A stretch of 64,000 nucleotides of DNA from an uncultured Eubacteriales bacterium (GCA_934447715.1 CAKSER010000006.1:14394-78393), one strand, 5' to 3'. Shown: positions 46,272-56,175, counted from the first letter of the stretch. The notes: generated by a model not told the origin, from the letters alone. Numbers and translations: made by a program.

Positions 46272-46880
46272 TTAAAGCCCCTTTATAACATTCTGTGCGA
46301 CCCCCTGAATCTGCAGGTCGTGCACCTCAATATCCTTATATCCCTTTTCTCTGTTTGCGGAGCGGAGAATTGCGCAGTTCTTTTTCTTATCGAAATAGAA
46401 ATATTTCAGATTGCTGAGTCCCTCAAAGAGCGCCACGACAATATCTCCTTCGTTTGCGCTCGACTGCCTGCGTACAACAATCCAGTCGCCGTCGTCAATA
46501 CCGGCATCCACCATCGAGTCGCCGTTTGCTCTAAGCAAAAAAAGCTCTCCGCTGCCGAAAACCGTTTTAGGCAGCCTTACATATTCAAGCACTCGCTCCT
46601 CTTCCGGTATACCGACTCCGCAGGATACCGAACAGTCAAGAATAACCGCACAGCTTCCGGCATCGTTATACTTACGCGTCACCTCGGTTCTGATTTCCGA
46701 GCCGTCATACTCGATCATATTTTGCTTTGCCATATCAAGGAGGTATCTGTATACCGTCGCTCTTGTGACGCCGACAGCACCGGCAATTTCGGATGTCGAC
46801 GGCGATTTTTGATATTCGAGATAATATTCCTCTGCAAATTTCTTTATTTCATTCATAAGAGCGGTATTTTTAGAACGCAT
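46272..46880 (-). CDS. lexA: LexA-like S24 peptidase repressor
   Basis: wHTH (STSEIAGAVGVTRATVYRYLLDMAKQNMIEYD), GDSM serine motif and a conserved Lys (LSNLKYFY). I prefer the ATG at 46880 (202 aa); the longest ORF starts at TTG 46949. Confidence 0.78.
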   Translation of the reverse strand: MRSKNTALMNEIKKFAEEYYLEYQKSPSTSEIAGAVGVTRATVYRYLLDMAKQNMIEYDGSEIRTEVTRKYNDAGSCAVILDCSVSCGVGIPEEERVLEYVRLPKTVFGSGELFLLRANGDSMVDAGIDDGDWIVVRRQSSANEGDIVVALFEGLSNLKYFYFDKKKNCAILRSANREKGYKDIEVHDLQIQGVAQNVIKGL

Positions 46881-46967
46881 TTCCTTATCCCTCTGTTCTT
46901 CTCTCTTTATTTCCTGTTTCTGTTTGTTTTCTGATTCTATCCGATACAATCCGTATACGATAGGATT

Positions 46968-46996
46968 ATTATATCAGATCTCTTCATAAAATGCAA
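46968..46996 (-). promoter_or_regulatory. sigmaA-type promoter of the lexA-like operon
   Basis: On the minus strand: TTGCAT (46996-46991), 17-nt spacer, TATAAT (46973-46968). Confidence 0.5.
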
Positions 46997-47123
46997 CAGA
47001 GAATTTTTGGCATACGACAGCTTTTTAAAAGCAGAAAACTCGGATAGTCTCAGTTAAAAAATGAACAATCATTTACATGTAAAAAGTCAACAAAAACAAA
47101 TTAAAGAAAATAACAAAAATGGG

Positions 47124-47152
47124 TTGACAAAACAAAAGTACCATAGTAGAAT
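47124..47152 (+). promoter_or_regulatory. sigmaA-type promoter of GH36-like gene
   Basis: TTGACA (47124-47129), 17-nt spacer, TAGAAT (47147-47152). Confidence 0.55.
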
Positions 47153-47204
47153 AGGCACGGACATTTAACCCCCGGCATGTGAGGGGGGAAAGGAAGTAAG
47201 CATT

Positions 47205-49202
47205 ATGACCGATAAGAACGCTGTGACAAAAGCGGATATGGACCGAATTCCGCTTCTGTTGCCCTATACCGATCCTGAATCAATTCCACTGCAATTTACT
47301 ATCGGCGGCAAAACCGTTTCCGGCATTCCGGCAGAGTTTAATCCTCAGGTAATTCGCCGCCGCCCCGATACAAATACTACACAGATCATTGTAACCGGGC
47401 AGAACGAAAGCGGCCTTGAGATCCGCTGTGAATATCTTGAGTATCGCGATTTCCCCGTAACCGAGTGGGTTTTCTTTTTCACAAACAAGGGAGAAAACGA
47501 CACACCTATAATCGAAAACATCCGCGTCACCGGCGTGCTTAAGGGAGAAAATCCCGTTCTTCAGCACGGCAACGGCGACAACCAGAGGTACGACGGCTAT
47601 TCCTGGTGGGAGGATGCGGTAACCGACACCATTTCTCTCGGAACGGTCGACGGAACATCCTGCAACGGCGCATTCCCCTATATGAGACTCAAAACCGCAG
47701 ACGGAGGATATAATATCGCAGTCGGCTGGTCCGGCTCATGGAACGGCACTGTTTCCCCTGCAGAAGGAGGAGTCGAAATCAGCTTCGGCCAGTGGAGATG
47801 CCACATGGTAATCCATCCGGGCGAGACGATGCGCTCGGCACGCCTTAACCTCATGGGCTATTGCGGCAACGAAAGCCGCGGCAGGAACATGTGGCGCAGA
47901 TGGTATTTTGCTCACATTCTGCCGAGAGAGGACGGACACCCACTTCCTCCGAAGCTCTGCCTGCACACCTTCCGCGTTGCCGGCAAGGAGGAATTCTGCG
48001 GCGCGACAGAGGAAAACCAGATTGCAGGAATCAGAGCATACTGCGACAGAGGATTAAAGCCCGACATCTGGTGGATTGACGCCGGATGGTATTCCTGTGA
48101 CAACGTCTGGCAGAAGATCGGTGACTGGCACCCCAACAAGGAGAACTTCCCGAACGGTCTTCGCCCTGTCGGAGAAGAATGCGACGCACACGGCATCCGC
48201 TTCCTTCTTTGGTTTGAACCGGAAAGATGTGTCGAGGACGGACTCCTGTATAAGGAGCACCCCGAATGGTTTTTGAATTTCAAGGATCAGAACGGAAACA
48301 TGTCGCAAACCCACAGTCTTGATCTCGGAAACCCGGTGGCAAGAAAATGGCTTACCGATTATATATGCAATTTTCTTGCAGAAAGCAAGGTGCGCATCTA
48401 CCGTCAGGACTTCAACTACTCACCGATGATGGCATGGTCGCAGAACGAGACTCCCGACCGTGTCGGCGCGCTGGAAAACCTCCACATTCAGGGATATCTG
48501 CAGTACTGGGATGACATTATTGCGCGCAACCCCGGAATATGGATCGACTCCTGCGCAAGCGGCGGACGCAGAAACGACCTTGATACAATGCGCCGCGCAG
48601 TGCCTCTGCACTACACGGATGTCGGATACGGCGAGCATCCGACAAAGCAGAAGCAGTACCGCGAGATGTTCGAGTGGATTCCGTACTTCCGCGCTCACAC
48701 AATGAGCAACGACGACTACCAGGGCAACTACTTCACAGGCGGTCGCCATCCGGTAGACGAATTCAGCTATCAGAACTCGATGACCCCGGCAATCACCTCG
48801 ATGATCGAATTCAACGATACCGACGAGATGTTCGAGCTCGGTATCCGCATGGATAAGATCTGGCGCCGTGCTGCCGAGCTTGAGCTTCGCGGAGATTATT
48901 ATCCGCTTACCGAGTGCAGACAGGATTCAAAGGACTACTACTCTATGCAGTTCGAGGATCCGAAGGAAGGCGACGGCTTCATTCAGATAATCAGGAATGT
49001 AAAAGTCGAAGAGGATTCCTTTACCGCAAAAATGGCGGCAGACAAAGACTACAGCTACACATTTGTACGCGACAACGGCACCGAAACCTTCACTCTGGAC
49101 GGAGAAGAGATCATAGCAAACGGCTTTACTGCAAAGCTGGAGCCTCGCAGCGGAGCCATCTGGTTCTACACAAAGAAAGAAAAGGATAAAAAGGATAACT
49201 AA
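47205..49202 (+). CDS. glycoside hydrolase family 36-like (alpha-galactosidase-type)
   Basis: Motifs IWWIDAGWY, LLWFEPER, VRIYRQDFN (nucleophile-type K/RxD) and IDSCASGGRRNDLD (GH36 C-x-SGG-x-R-x-D). Confidence 0.65.
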   Translation: MTDKNAVTKADMDRIPLLLPYTDPESIPLQFTIGGKTVSGIPAEFNPQVIRRRPDTNTTQIIVTGQNESGLEIRCEYLEYRDFPVTEWVFFFTNKGENDTPIIENIRVTGVLKGENPVLQHGNGDNQRYDGYSWWEDAVTDTISLGTVDGTSCNGAFPYMRLKTADGGYNIAVGWSGSWNGTVSPAEGGVEISFGQWRCHMVIHPGETMRSARLNLMGYCGNESRGRNMWRRWYFAHILPREDGHPLPPKLCLHTFRVAGKEEFCGATEENQIAGIRAYCDRGLKPDIWWIDAGWYSCDNVWQKIGDWHPNKENFPNGLRPVGEECDAHGIRFLLWFEPERCVEDGLLYKEHPEWFLNFKDQNGNMSQTHSLDLGNPVARKWLTDYICNFLAESKVRIYRQDFNYSPMMAWSQNETPDRVGALENLHIQGYLQYWDDIIARNPGIWIDSCASGGRRNDLDTMRRAVPLHYTDVGYGEHPTKQKQYREMFEWIPYFRAHTMSNDDYQGNYFTGGRHPVDEFSYQNSMTPAITSMIEFNDTDEMFELGIRMDKIWRRAAELELRGDYYPLTECRQDSKDYYSMQFEDPKEGDGFIQIIRNVKVEEDSFTAKMAADKDYSYTFVRDNGTETFTLDGEEIIANGFTAKLEPRSGAIWFYTKKEKDKKDN

Positions 49203-49207
49203 TCAGC

Positions 49208-50107
49208 ATGGAAGCACTTTTACTGTCTGTTTCTCTGGCTTGCGCATTGGCAAACGGCACCGCTCGCAAGTTCGGAATGAAACGGTATATAGATAATCAG
49301 TCCGAAACCTTTTTCTATAACGCCGTATCGTCGCTTATCACCTCGGCAATACTGATCATTATGATGGCAATAACAGGTCAGCTTCATATGCCGTCTACAT
49401 ATACCCTTCTTTTAGGACTTGTATTCGGAGTAGTCACTGCCATGTCCGCAATATGCAACCTGACAGCCCTCGGCTGCGGTCCGCTTTCATATACGACTGT
49501 AATCGTTGCGTGTTCAATGATTATTCCGTCGCTGTTCGGACTGTTCCGCGGAGAAACACTCCGTCCGGTTCACTATATCGGAATTGCAATGATGCTTTGC
49601 TGCATGGTTCTTTCGGTATCTAAGGAGGAGGGCGAAAAAAAGAAGGTCAGCCTGTTCTGGTTTGCCTGCTGCATGGTGGATTTCATTTGCAGCGGTTCGA
49701 TCGGCATTCTTCAGCAGATTCACCAGAGCTCTGTGCACAAGGATGAGCTGAACCAGTTCCTGCTTATTGCATTTCTGTTCTCGGCTGTGTTCTGCTTTGC
49801 GGCAAGCGCGTTCTTCCGCCGTGCAAAGCACGAGACCTTCTCGATTTCGATGGCTCCCAACAAGCCGCTTCTGTGGATTTGCATCATTTCCGGTATCGGC
49901 GTTGCAGGAAACAATATAATCAACCTGTACCTGTCCGGCGTGATGAATCCTGCGGTATTCTTCCCGATCGTAAACGGCGGCAGTCTGATTCTTTCCGCAG
50001 CAATGGGCATATTCGCCTTCCGCGAGAAGTTCTCCGCTCGCAAGTGGGTCGGCCTTGGCATCGGCGTTGCAGCAATTCTGCTTCTGTGCCTTGACAAGGT
50101 ATTCTGA
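49208..50107 (+). CDS. DMT/EamA-like 10-TM transporter
   Basis: 299 aa with two five-TM halves. It lies 5 nt after the GH36-like gene. Confidence 0.6.
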   Translation: MEALLLSVSLACALANGTARKFGMKRYIDNQSETFFYNAVSSLITSAILIIMMAITGQLHMPSTYTLLLGLVFGVVTAMSAICNLTALGCGPLSYTTVIVACSMIIPSLFGLFRGETLRPVHYIGIAMMLCCMVLSVSKEEGEKKKVSLFWFACCMVDFICSGSIGILQQIHQSSVHKDELNQFLLIAFLFSAVFCFAASAFFRRAKHETFSISMAPNKPLLWICIISGIGVAGNNIINLYLSGVMNPAVFFPIVNGGSLILSAAMGIFAFREKFSARKWVGLGIGVAAILLLCLDKVF

Positions 50108-50223
50108 CAAAATCACGGTCTGACAAGCCTTATAACCGGCATTCGGAAGGTCAGCAAATAAAAAACGGTCTGCATTCGGATGCGTCATGCAAAATGAATG
50201 CAGAATCGGATTACCAAACAGTC

Positions 50224-50257
50224 AAAAAGCCATCGGTGCTTATCCGATGGCTTTTTT
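50224..50257 (+). terminator. terminator after GH36-DMT operon
   Basis: AAAAAGCCATCGG-tgcttat-CCGATGGCTTTTTT. Confidence 0.8.
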
Positions 50258-50349
50258 GCTTTTGAGCCTCTTTTTAACTCTTTTTAATGATAGGATTTTT
50301 ATTTTCTATAAAATAGTTTGTAAATAAGCCACTCTTTTTGGATTTTTGT

Positions 50350-50378
50350 TTTACAAATCGGAATTTATACTGTATAAT
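50350..50378 (+). promoter_or_regulatory. sigmaA-type promoter of the 581-aa HTH gene
   Basis: TTTACA (50350-50355), 17-nt spacer, TATAAT (50373-50378), preceded by TG. Confidence 0.55.
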
Positions 50379-50395
50379 TAGATTGAATTACAGCC

Positions 50396-50419
50396 TAGGC
50401 TGAGGATATCCTCAGCCTA
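50396..50419. repeat. 24-bp perfect palindrome TAGGCTGAGGATATCCTCAGCCTA
   Basis: Read directly from the sequence. It lies between the predicted -10 and the RBS of the HTH gene. Its half-site equals the termini of the element at 22462-22743. Confidence 0.85.
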
Positions 50420-50439
50420 AATAAAAACGGAGAACAAAC

Positions 50440-52185
50440 ATGAATTTCAGTGATAAATTGAACAGCTATCTTGAAATGCTGTCCTGCTCGGCAAAGGAGC
50501 TCGGCGCTTTATCCGGCATCTCCGCCGCAACACTGAGCCGGTACAGAAACGGCGAGCGCGTGCCGGAGCTCGGCACAAAGCCGTTTGACGAGCTGTGCAG
50601 GGCTATTGCAAAAATCGCCGCAGAAAGGAATATAACCTACATTACACCGGATTCCGTAAAGGAAGATTTTATTGGCTGCAGGGACTTTGTTGCAGCCGAC
50701 AGGGAGACTCTGCGTCAGAATTTCAATATGCTTATTTCGGCGCTCAATATCAATATATCAAGGCTGTGCCAGTACACAAACTACGACCCCTCCGCAATAT
50801 TCCGAATCCGGAACGGAACAAGAAGACCGGGCGATTCCGAGCAGTTTGCATCTGCCGTTGCATCGTTTGTATCAAGGGAAATGTGCACGCAAAAGGAAAT
50901 ATCCGCGCTTGCAGGGCTTCTTTGCTGCGACCCGGACAAGCTCTTAGATCTCTCGGTGCGGTATACTATGCTTAAGGGCTGGCTTCTTGAGCAGTCGGGT
51001 GCAGGCAAATCCGGAAACGACAGCGTTTCGGAGTTTTTAAGCAAGCTTGACGAGTTTGATCTTAACGAATATATCAAGGTCATCCGATTTGACGAGCTCA
51101 AGGTCCCGACAATTCCGTTTCAGCTCCCGTCCTCGAAATCATATTTCGGGCTTAAGGAAATGATGGAAAGCGAGCTGGACTTTTTAAAGGCGACCGTACT
51201 TTCAAAATCGAACGCTCCTGTCACAATGTACAGCGACATGCCGATGAAGGAAATGGCAAAGGATCCCGAATTCCCGAAGAAGTGGATATTCGGCATGGCC
51301 ATGATGCTGAAAAAGGGGCTGCACCTCAATCAGATCCACAATCTTGACCGCTCGTTTGACGAAATGATGCTCGGGCTTGAAAGCTGGATCCCGATGTATA
51401 TGACCGGGCAGATTTCTCCGTACTACTTTAAAAGCACGCAAAGCAGTTGCTTTTTGCATCTTCTAAAGGTCTCCGGAGCCGCCGCGCTTTCGGGCGAAGC
51501 AATCGCCGGATATCATTCGGGCGGCAGATATTATCTTACAAAATCAAAGCGTGAGGTTGAATATTACCGGATGCAGGCTGAAAGGATGCTTGAAAACGCA
51601 TATCCGCTGATGGAGATATACCGCAGCGAGAGAGAAAACGAGCTTAACACCTTCCTGCTTTCGGATGCATCAAAGCCCGGGAGCCATCGAAGCATTCTTT
51701 CGACGCTGCCGCTGTATACAATGAGCAATGGGCTGCTCGAAAAGATTCTGGAGCAAAACGGCATCGGCGTCGGGCAAAGAACGGAAATCAAAAAATATGC
51801 CGCAGCGCAAAAGCGCCGCACCCTTTTGATTCTCGAATCCGAAACAATAGAGGACGAGGTTCCGACGTTTACTGCCAAGGAATTCGAAAACAGACCTCCG
51901 GTCCTTGAGCTCTCCGGCGCGTTCCTTGAAAAGGATATTTTCTATAGCAATGAAACCTACAAGGAGCATTTAAAGGAGATAGAAGCATTTGAAAAGGAGC
52001 ATCCGAATTACACGCTGAAGCAGGGCTCGTCCCACGCATTTTGCAATCTGCAGATTCTGATTCACAGCGGACAGTGGGTCATGGTATCAAAGGGCAAGGC
52101 TCCGGCGATCCATTTTGTAATCCGCCACCCGAAGCTGCGCAGTGCAATCGAGAGCTTTATTCCGCCGATTGTGGAGAATGAATAA
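50440..52185 (+). CDS. XRE-type HTH protein with large uncharacterised C-terminal domain
   Basis: The N-terminus LSCSAKELGALSGISAATLSRYRNGERVPE is an HTH_3-like motif. I do not recognise the remaining roughly 500 aa. Confidence 0.7.
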   Translation: MNFSDKLNSYLEMLSCSAKELGALSGISAATLSRYRNGERVPELGTKPFDELCRAIAKIAAERNITYITPDSVKEDFIGCRDFVAADRETLRQNFNMLISALNINISRLCQYTNYDPSAIFRIRNGTRRPGDSEQFASAVASFVSREMCTQKEISALAGLLCCDPDKLLDLSVRYTMLKGWLLEQSGAGKSGNDSVSEFLSKLDEFDLNEYIKVIRFDELKVPTIPFQLPSSKSYFGLKEMMESELDFLKATVLSKSNAPVTMYSDMPMKEMAKDPEFPKKWIFGMAMMLKKGLHLNQIHNLDRSFDEMMLGLESWIPMYMTGQISPYYFKSTQSSCFLHLLKVSGAAALSGEAIAGYHSGGRYYLTKSKREVEYYRMQAERMLENAYPLMEIYRSERENELNTFLLSDASKPGSHRSILSTLPLYTMSNGLLEKILEQNGIGVGQRTEIKKYAAAQKRRTLLILESETIEDEVPTFTAKEFENRPPVLELSGAFLEKDIFYSNETYKEHLKEIEAFEKEHPNYTLKQGSSHAFCNLQILIHSGQWVMVSKGKAPAIHFVIRHPKLRSAIESFIPPIVENE

Positions 52186-52203
52186 ACAAATAAATCAAAA
52201 AAG

Positions 52204-52238
52204 CCTCTTGAAAAAGGATTTTTTCCTCTTTCAAGGGG
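52204..52238. terminator. bidirectional terminator between convergent regulator genes
   Basis: CCTCTTGAAA...TTTCAAGGGG stem with flanking A and T runs. Confidence 0.6.
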
Positions 52239-52277
52239 CATTTTGCTGCTCGCAAGCTGTTTTCAGCTAATCTTTAG

Positions 52278-52811
52278 CTATCTCTTTTTATATGTGAGCA
52301 CAAGTCCTGTTAAAGAACCTATAAAAATGAACGGGGCAAGCCTTACAAAGACAAATTCAAAGCCGTGCAGCAGAGTGCCTGCAGCCGCAAGCTCCGGATT
52401 GTTATAATCCCAGCTCAGATACTCGCCGTTTATTGCCGTAAGGGCAATGAACAGCAGAAAAACAATTACGCAGATCGAAGCAAGAAGAATTCTGATTATG
52501 CGGACTTTTGCCCTGCTTCTCTTTGCAAGCTGAAGATTAATATCCTCCAGCCTTTCCGAAATTTCTTTCAGTTTCATTTCGCCCTGTTCATCCGGATCGC
52601 TTTCCCGTACAGTCTCTCCGAGCAGAACGCAAACAGAGGTATCAAGCTCCTCTGCAAGCGATATGAGCATATCCGAATCCGGAACCGACAGTCCTTTTTC
52701 CCATTTGGATACCGTTTGCCTCACGACATGCAGCCTGAGTGCCAGCTGCTCCTGCGAAAGGCCTTTTGCCTTTCTGAGATTTTTGATATTTTCGTTCAGC
52801 ATATTTTGCAC
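52278..52811 (-). CDS. XRE-family HTH regulator with C-terminal membrane segments
   Basis: HTH: IKNLRKAKGLSQEQLALRLHVVRQTVSKWEKGLSVPD. Two C-terminal TMs. Confidence 0.8.
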   Translation of the reverse strand: MQNMLNENIKNLRKAKGLSQEQLALRLHVVRQTVSKWEKGLSVPDSDMLISLAEELDTSVCVLLGETVRESDPDEQGEMKLKEISERLEDINLQLAKRSRAKVRIIRILLASICVIVFLLFIALTAINGEYLSWDYNNPELAAAGTLLHGFEFVFVRLAPFIFIGSLTGLVLTYKKR

Positions 52812-52943
52812 CTTTCTTGTTTTGATATTTTGATATAACCATTAAACACCAAAACAGCCGTTGCTGCAAGCAATGCGTTTTAACACATGCTTCAAACATA
52901 CAAAATCCGGATTTTTATAGCCATGTATGCTTCAGACAGCCCG

Positions 52944-53483
52944 TCATATCAGCACGTCCGGAAACTCCTCAAAGGAGGCGTGCAGGATGTGAATAAGCTC
53001 CTTAAATACCGGTCTGTTAAGCTCACCACCGGTACAAACCACCTCGAATTTATCGCCGCGGAGTATTGTATAATTCCCGGTTTCGTGAAATCCGTTTCTT
53101 AGATAAAATCCCTTTCTGCGAGCCCTCTGCGCAAAATTTTCCGCGTTTTCATCAAGGATTTCAAAATCCAGAATGATCTGCTGTTCGGAATATGTATCGA
53201 CCAATTTCTTAATTGCAGCGCTTCCGTATCCGCTCGAGCGTCTGCTTTTATCTATTGCAAAGAAGAAAACATATCCGCATTCTGCGTTCTTTAAAAGGAC
53301 AAAAAAGCCGACAGGAGCCATACCGTCATATATTCCGAGTATATCTGCATCTGTCTTTGCGGAAAATTCAAAAAACTCATCAAAGCTTATTCGTTCGGAA
53401 GGCGGAAACGCCTCCTCGTTTATCTTTTCAAAGAATTCTCTGTCCTTGCTGTCCGGACTTAATTTTATCAGCTGTAGATTCAC
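52944..53483 (-). CDS. GNAT-family N-acetyltransferase
   Basis: FFFAIDKSRRSSGYGSAAIKKL is acetyl-CoA motif A (R-x-x-G-x-G). I prefer the GTG at 53483, after GGAAGGG; the longest ORF extends to 53570. Confidence 0.72.
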   Translation of the reverse strand: MNLQLIKLSPDSKDREFFEKINEEAFPPSERISFDEFFEFSAKTDADILGIYDGMAPVGFFVLLKNAECGYVFFFAIDKSRRSSGYGSAAIKKLVDTYSEQQIILDFEILDENAENFAQRARRKGFYLRNGFHETGNYTILRGDKFEVVCTGGELNRPVFKELIHILHASFEEFPDVLI

Positions 53484-53647
53484 TTTCTTTCCCTTCCGAT
53501 TTTTTACAATCTGTTTTATCACAAAAAATCCGTTCTTATAAAATGGGCAATCCCTGTCGGGACTGCCCACTTTTTTATTTAACAGTTGATTTCTCCTGCT
53601 TTGTCTGCTTTTTAATAAGCCCAGCAGATCACACAGGAGCTTTTGCC

Positions 53648-55657
53648 TTAATACAGCTTTGCGCCGGCAGGGATATGATTATCGACCATAAGAAGATGGA
53701 GCTTTTCCTCGCCCTCTTCCTCGTGAATTGCAGAAAGGAGCATACCGCAGGAATCAATGCCCATCATTGCTCTCGGAGGAAGGTTTGTTATAGCTATAAG
53801 CGTCTTTCCGACAAGCTTCTCCGGCTCGTAGAATGCATGAATGCCGCTTAAAATAACGCGGTCTGTGCCTGTTCCGTCGTCAAGGGTGAATTTTAACAGC
53901 TTCTTTGACTTCGGCACGGCAGAGCACTCCTTGACCTTTACTGCGCGGAAATCAGATTTTGAGAATGTATCAAAATCAACCGTTTCCTCAAACAGAGGCT
54001 CGATCTTCACCTTCGAAAAGTCAATCTTCTCCTCAGGGGCAGCTGCTATCGATGCAGCTTCGGTCGTACCGGAATCAACGGAAGCAGCTGTAGTGTCAGC
54101 AGCACCGCTTGCGGCCGCATTGGATGCACTCTGTGCTGCGTTATTTGCCTCGTTCTTTGCTGCTCCCTGGGTTTTAAGCGTCGGGAAGAGCAGAACATCC
54201 CTGATTGCTGCGGCATCGGTAAACAGCATGCACATTCTGTCAATACCGTAGCCGATTCCGCCTGTCGGAGGCATTCCGATCTCAAGCGCGTTAAGGAAGT
54301 CCTCGTCTGTGTGATTTGCCTCCTCGTCGCCTGCTGCGGCAAGTGCGTCCTGAGCCTTGAATCTTTCTCTCTGATCGATCGGGTCATTCAGCTCGGAATA
54401 TGCATTGCACATTTCCCAGCCGTTCATGTAGAACTCAAAGCGCTCAACATAGTCCGGATCGTCCGGCTTTCTCTTTGTGAGCGGAGAGATCTCTACCGGG
54501 TGATCGGTAACGAAGGTCGGCTGAATCAGGTGCTCCTCTACGAACTGCTCAAAGAACAGGTTGAGGATATCTCCCTTTTTATGTCTTTCCTCATACTCAA
54601 CGTGATGAGCCTTTGCTGCTTCTCTTGCCTGCTCAAGCGTTTTGATTTCTCTGAAATCAACTCCGGAGTACTGCTTTACCGCATCGAGCATTGTTATTCT
54701 TGCAAACGGCTTGCCGAGATCCATCTCGACCCCGTTATATGAGATCTTAGTCGATCCGAGAACCTCGCTTGCGACATATCTGAACATGTTCTCGGTAAGA
54801 TCCATCATTCCGTGATAATCTGTATATGCCTGATACAGCTCCATCAGGGTAAATTCCGGATTGTGTCTTGTATCAAGACCCTCGTTTCTGAAAACGCGCC
54901 CGATTTCATATACCCTTTCAAGTCCGCCGACGATAAGTCTCTTAAGATAGAGCTCAAGAGAAATGCGGAGCTTCAGATCCTCGTCAAGGGCATTGAAGTG
55001 TGTTTCAAACGGTCTTGCGGAGGCTCCTCCGGCGTTCGAAACAAGCATCGGAGTTTCTACCTCCATAAAGCCCTGTCCGTCAAGGAAGCGGCGGATTGTG
55101 CTGATGATCTTCGATCTCTTGATAAAGGTATCTCTTACCTCGGGATTAACTATCAGGTCGACATATCTCTGTCTGTATCTGATATCCGTATTTGTAAGTC
55201 CGTGGAACTTTTCCGGGAGCGGCTGCAGGCTCTTTGTAAGAAGCGTCAGTCTGCTTGCGTGAATCGATGTTTCGCCGGTCTTTGTCTTAAAGACTGTTCC
55301 GGTAACTCCGATGATATCTCCGACATCATACTTCTTAAAGGCAGCATACGGCTCTTCTCCTACCGCGTCTCTTGCGACATAGACCTGGATTGTGCCCTTC
55401 AGATCCTGAACATGGCAAAATGATGCCTTTCCCATGATGCGCTTTGACATCATTCTTCCGGCAACCGTGACCTCTGCTCCCTCGAGCTTGTCAAAATTAT
55501 CCTTTACCTCGTCGCTGTGATGAGTAACGTCGAATTTTGTTATCTGAAATGGGTCGTTTCCGGAGCTTTGAAGCGCAGAGAGCTTTTCGCGTCTTACTCT
55601 TAAAATATCATTAAGCTGCTCATCTGTAAAGGATGCTGCGTTGTTTGTTTCTTCCAT
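53648..55657 (-). CDS. lysS: lysine--tRNA ligase fused to a C-terminal Trbp111/CsaA-type tRNA-binding domain
   Basis: Class II core: [23 protein letters not shown] and [14 protein letters not shown] 174-aa extension follows, consisting of an Ala/Ser/Thr-rich linker and then [68 protein letters not shown]. Confidence 0.93.
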   Translation of the reverse strand: MEETNNAASFTDEQLNDILRVRREKLSALQSSGNDPFQITKFDVTHHSDEVKDNFDKLEGAEVTVAGRMMSKRIMGKASFCHVQDLKGTIQVYVARDAVGEEPYAAFKKYDVGDIIGVTGTVFKTKTGETSIHASRLTLLTKSLQPLPEKFHGLTNTDIRYRQRYVDLIVNPEVRDTFIKRSKIISTIRRFLDGQGFMEVETPMLVSNAGGASARPFETHFNALDEDLKLRISLELYLKRLIVGGLERVYEIGRVFRNEGLDTRHNPEFTLMELYQAYTDYHGMMDLTENMFRYVASEVLGSTKISYNGVEMDLGKPFARITMLDAVKQYSGVDFREIKTLEQAREAAKAHHVEYEERHKKGDILNLFFEQFVEEHLIQPTFVTDHPVEISPLTKRKPDDPDYVERFEFYMNGWEMCNAYSELNDPIDQRERFKAQDALAAAGDEEANHTDEDFLNALEIGMPPTGGIGYGIDRMCMLFTDAAAIRDVLLFPTLKTQGAAKNEANNAAQSASNAAASGAADTTAASVDSGTTEAASIAAAPEEKIDFSKVKIEPLFEETVDFDTFSKSDFRAVKVKECSAVPKSKKLLKFTLDDGTGTDRVILSGIHAFYEPEKLVGKTLIAITNLPPRAMMGIDSCGMLLSAIHEEEGEEKLHLLMVDNHIPAGAKLY

Positions 55658-55695
55658 TTAAATTTCCTTTTTTCCTTTCCTTGTGTCGGGTACTC

Positions 55696-56175
55696 TTACT
55701 GCTTTGAGATTTCGAGAACCTTAATCTCAACCACTCCGTTCGGTGTTTCTACGCTGACCTCGTCTCCGACCTTCGCTCCGAGAAGCGCGTTTCCGATCGG
55801 CGACTGATCCGAGATCATGTTCTTTAACGGATTTGCCTCTGTCGAGCCGACTATTGTATACTCGACCTCCTCGTCAAAATCCTTATCGTAAATCTTTACC
55901 TTGGAGCCGACATTTACCTCGTCGGTGGTAATTTCGTCATTGCTGATGACCTTTACATTCGAGAGGGTCTCCTCAAGCTCGCTGATTCTTGCCTCGGTCT
56001 TTGCCTGCTCGTTTTTTGCCTCATCATACTCGCTGTTTTCCGAAAGGTCTCCGAACGAGAGCGCAACCTTGATTGCCTCTACTACTTCCTTCCTCTTTGT
56101 CGTCTTAAGGTACTCCAGCTCGTCGACAAGCTTCTTATATCCTTCATCGGTTACAACCATCTGTTTTGCTGACAT
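55696..56175 (-). CDS. greA: transcription elongation factor GreA
   Basis: [34 protein letters not shown] and a C-terminal FKBP-like domain. I chose the ATG at 56175. Confidence 0.93.
   Translation of the reverse strand: MSAKQMVVTDEGYKKLVDELEYLKTTKRKEVVEAIKVALSFGDLSENSEYDEAKNEQAKTEARISELEETLSNVKVISNDEITTDEVNVGSKVKIYDKDFDEEVEYTIVGSTEANPLKNMISDQSPIGNALLGAKVGDEVSVETPNGVVEIKVLEISKQ

Noticed and set aside
47063-47074. GAACAATCATTT as the LexA operator of the lexA-like operon.
   Set aside because: - The second half-site is imperfect (ATTT rather than GTTC/GTTT).
- It lies about 56 nt upstream of the -35 rather than overlapping the promoter.
- It is kept only as a remark in the SOS-cassette finding.
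38182-53570. Whole 38-53.5 kb stretch as a genomic island or prophage remnant.
   Set aside because: - There is no integrase, transposase, tRNA boundary or flanking direct repeats.
- Composition does not look visibly different by eye.
- The stretch is treated as a loose accessory region only.
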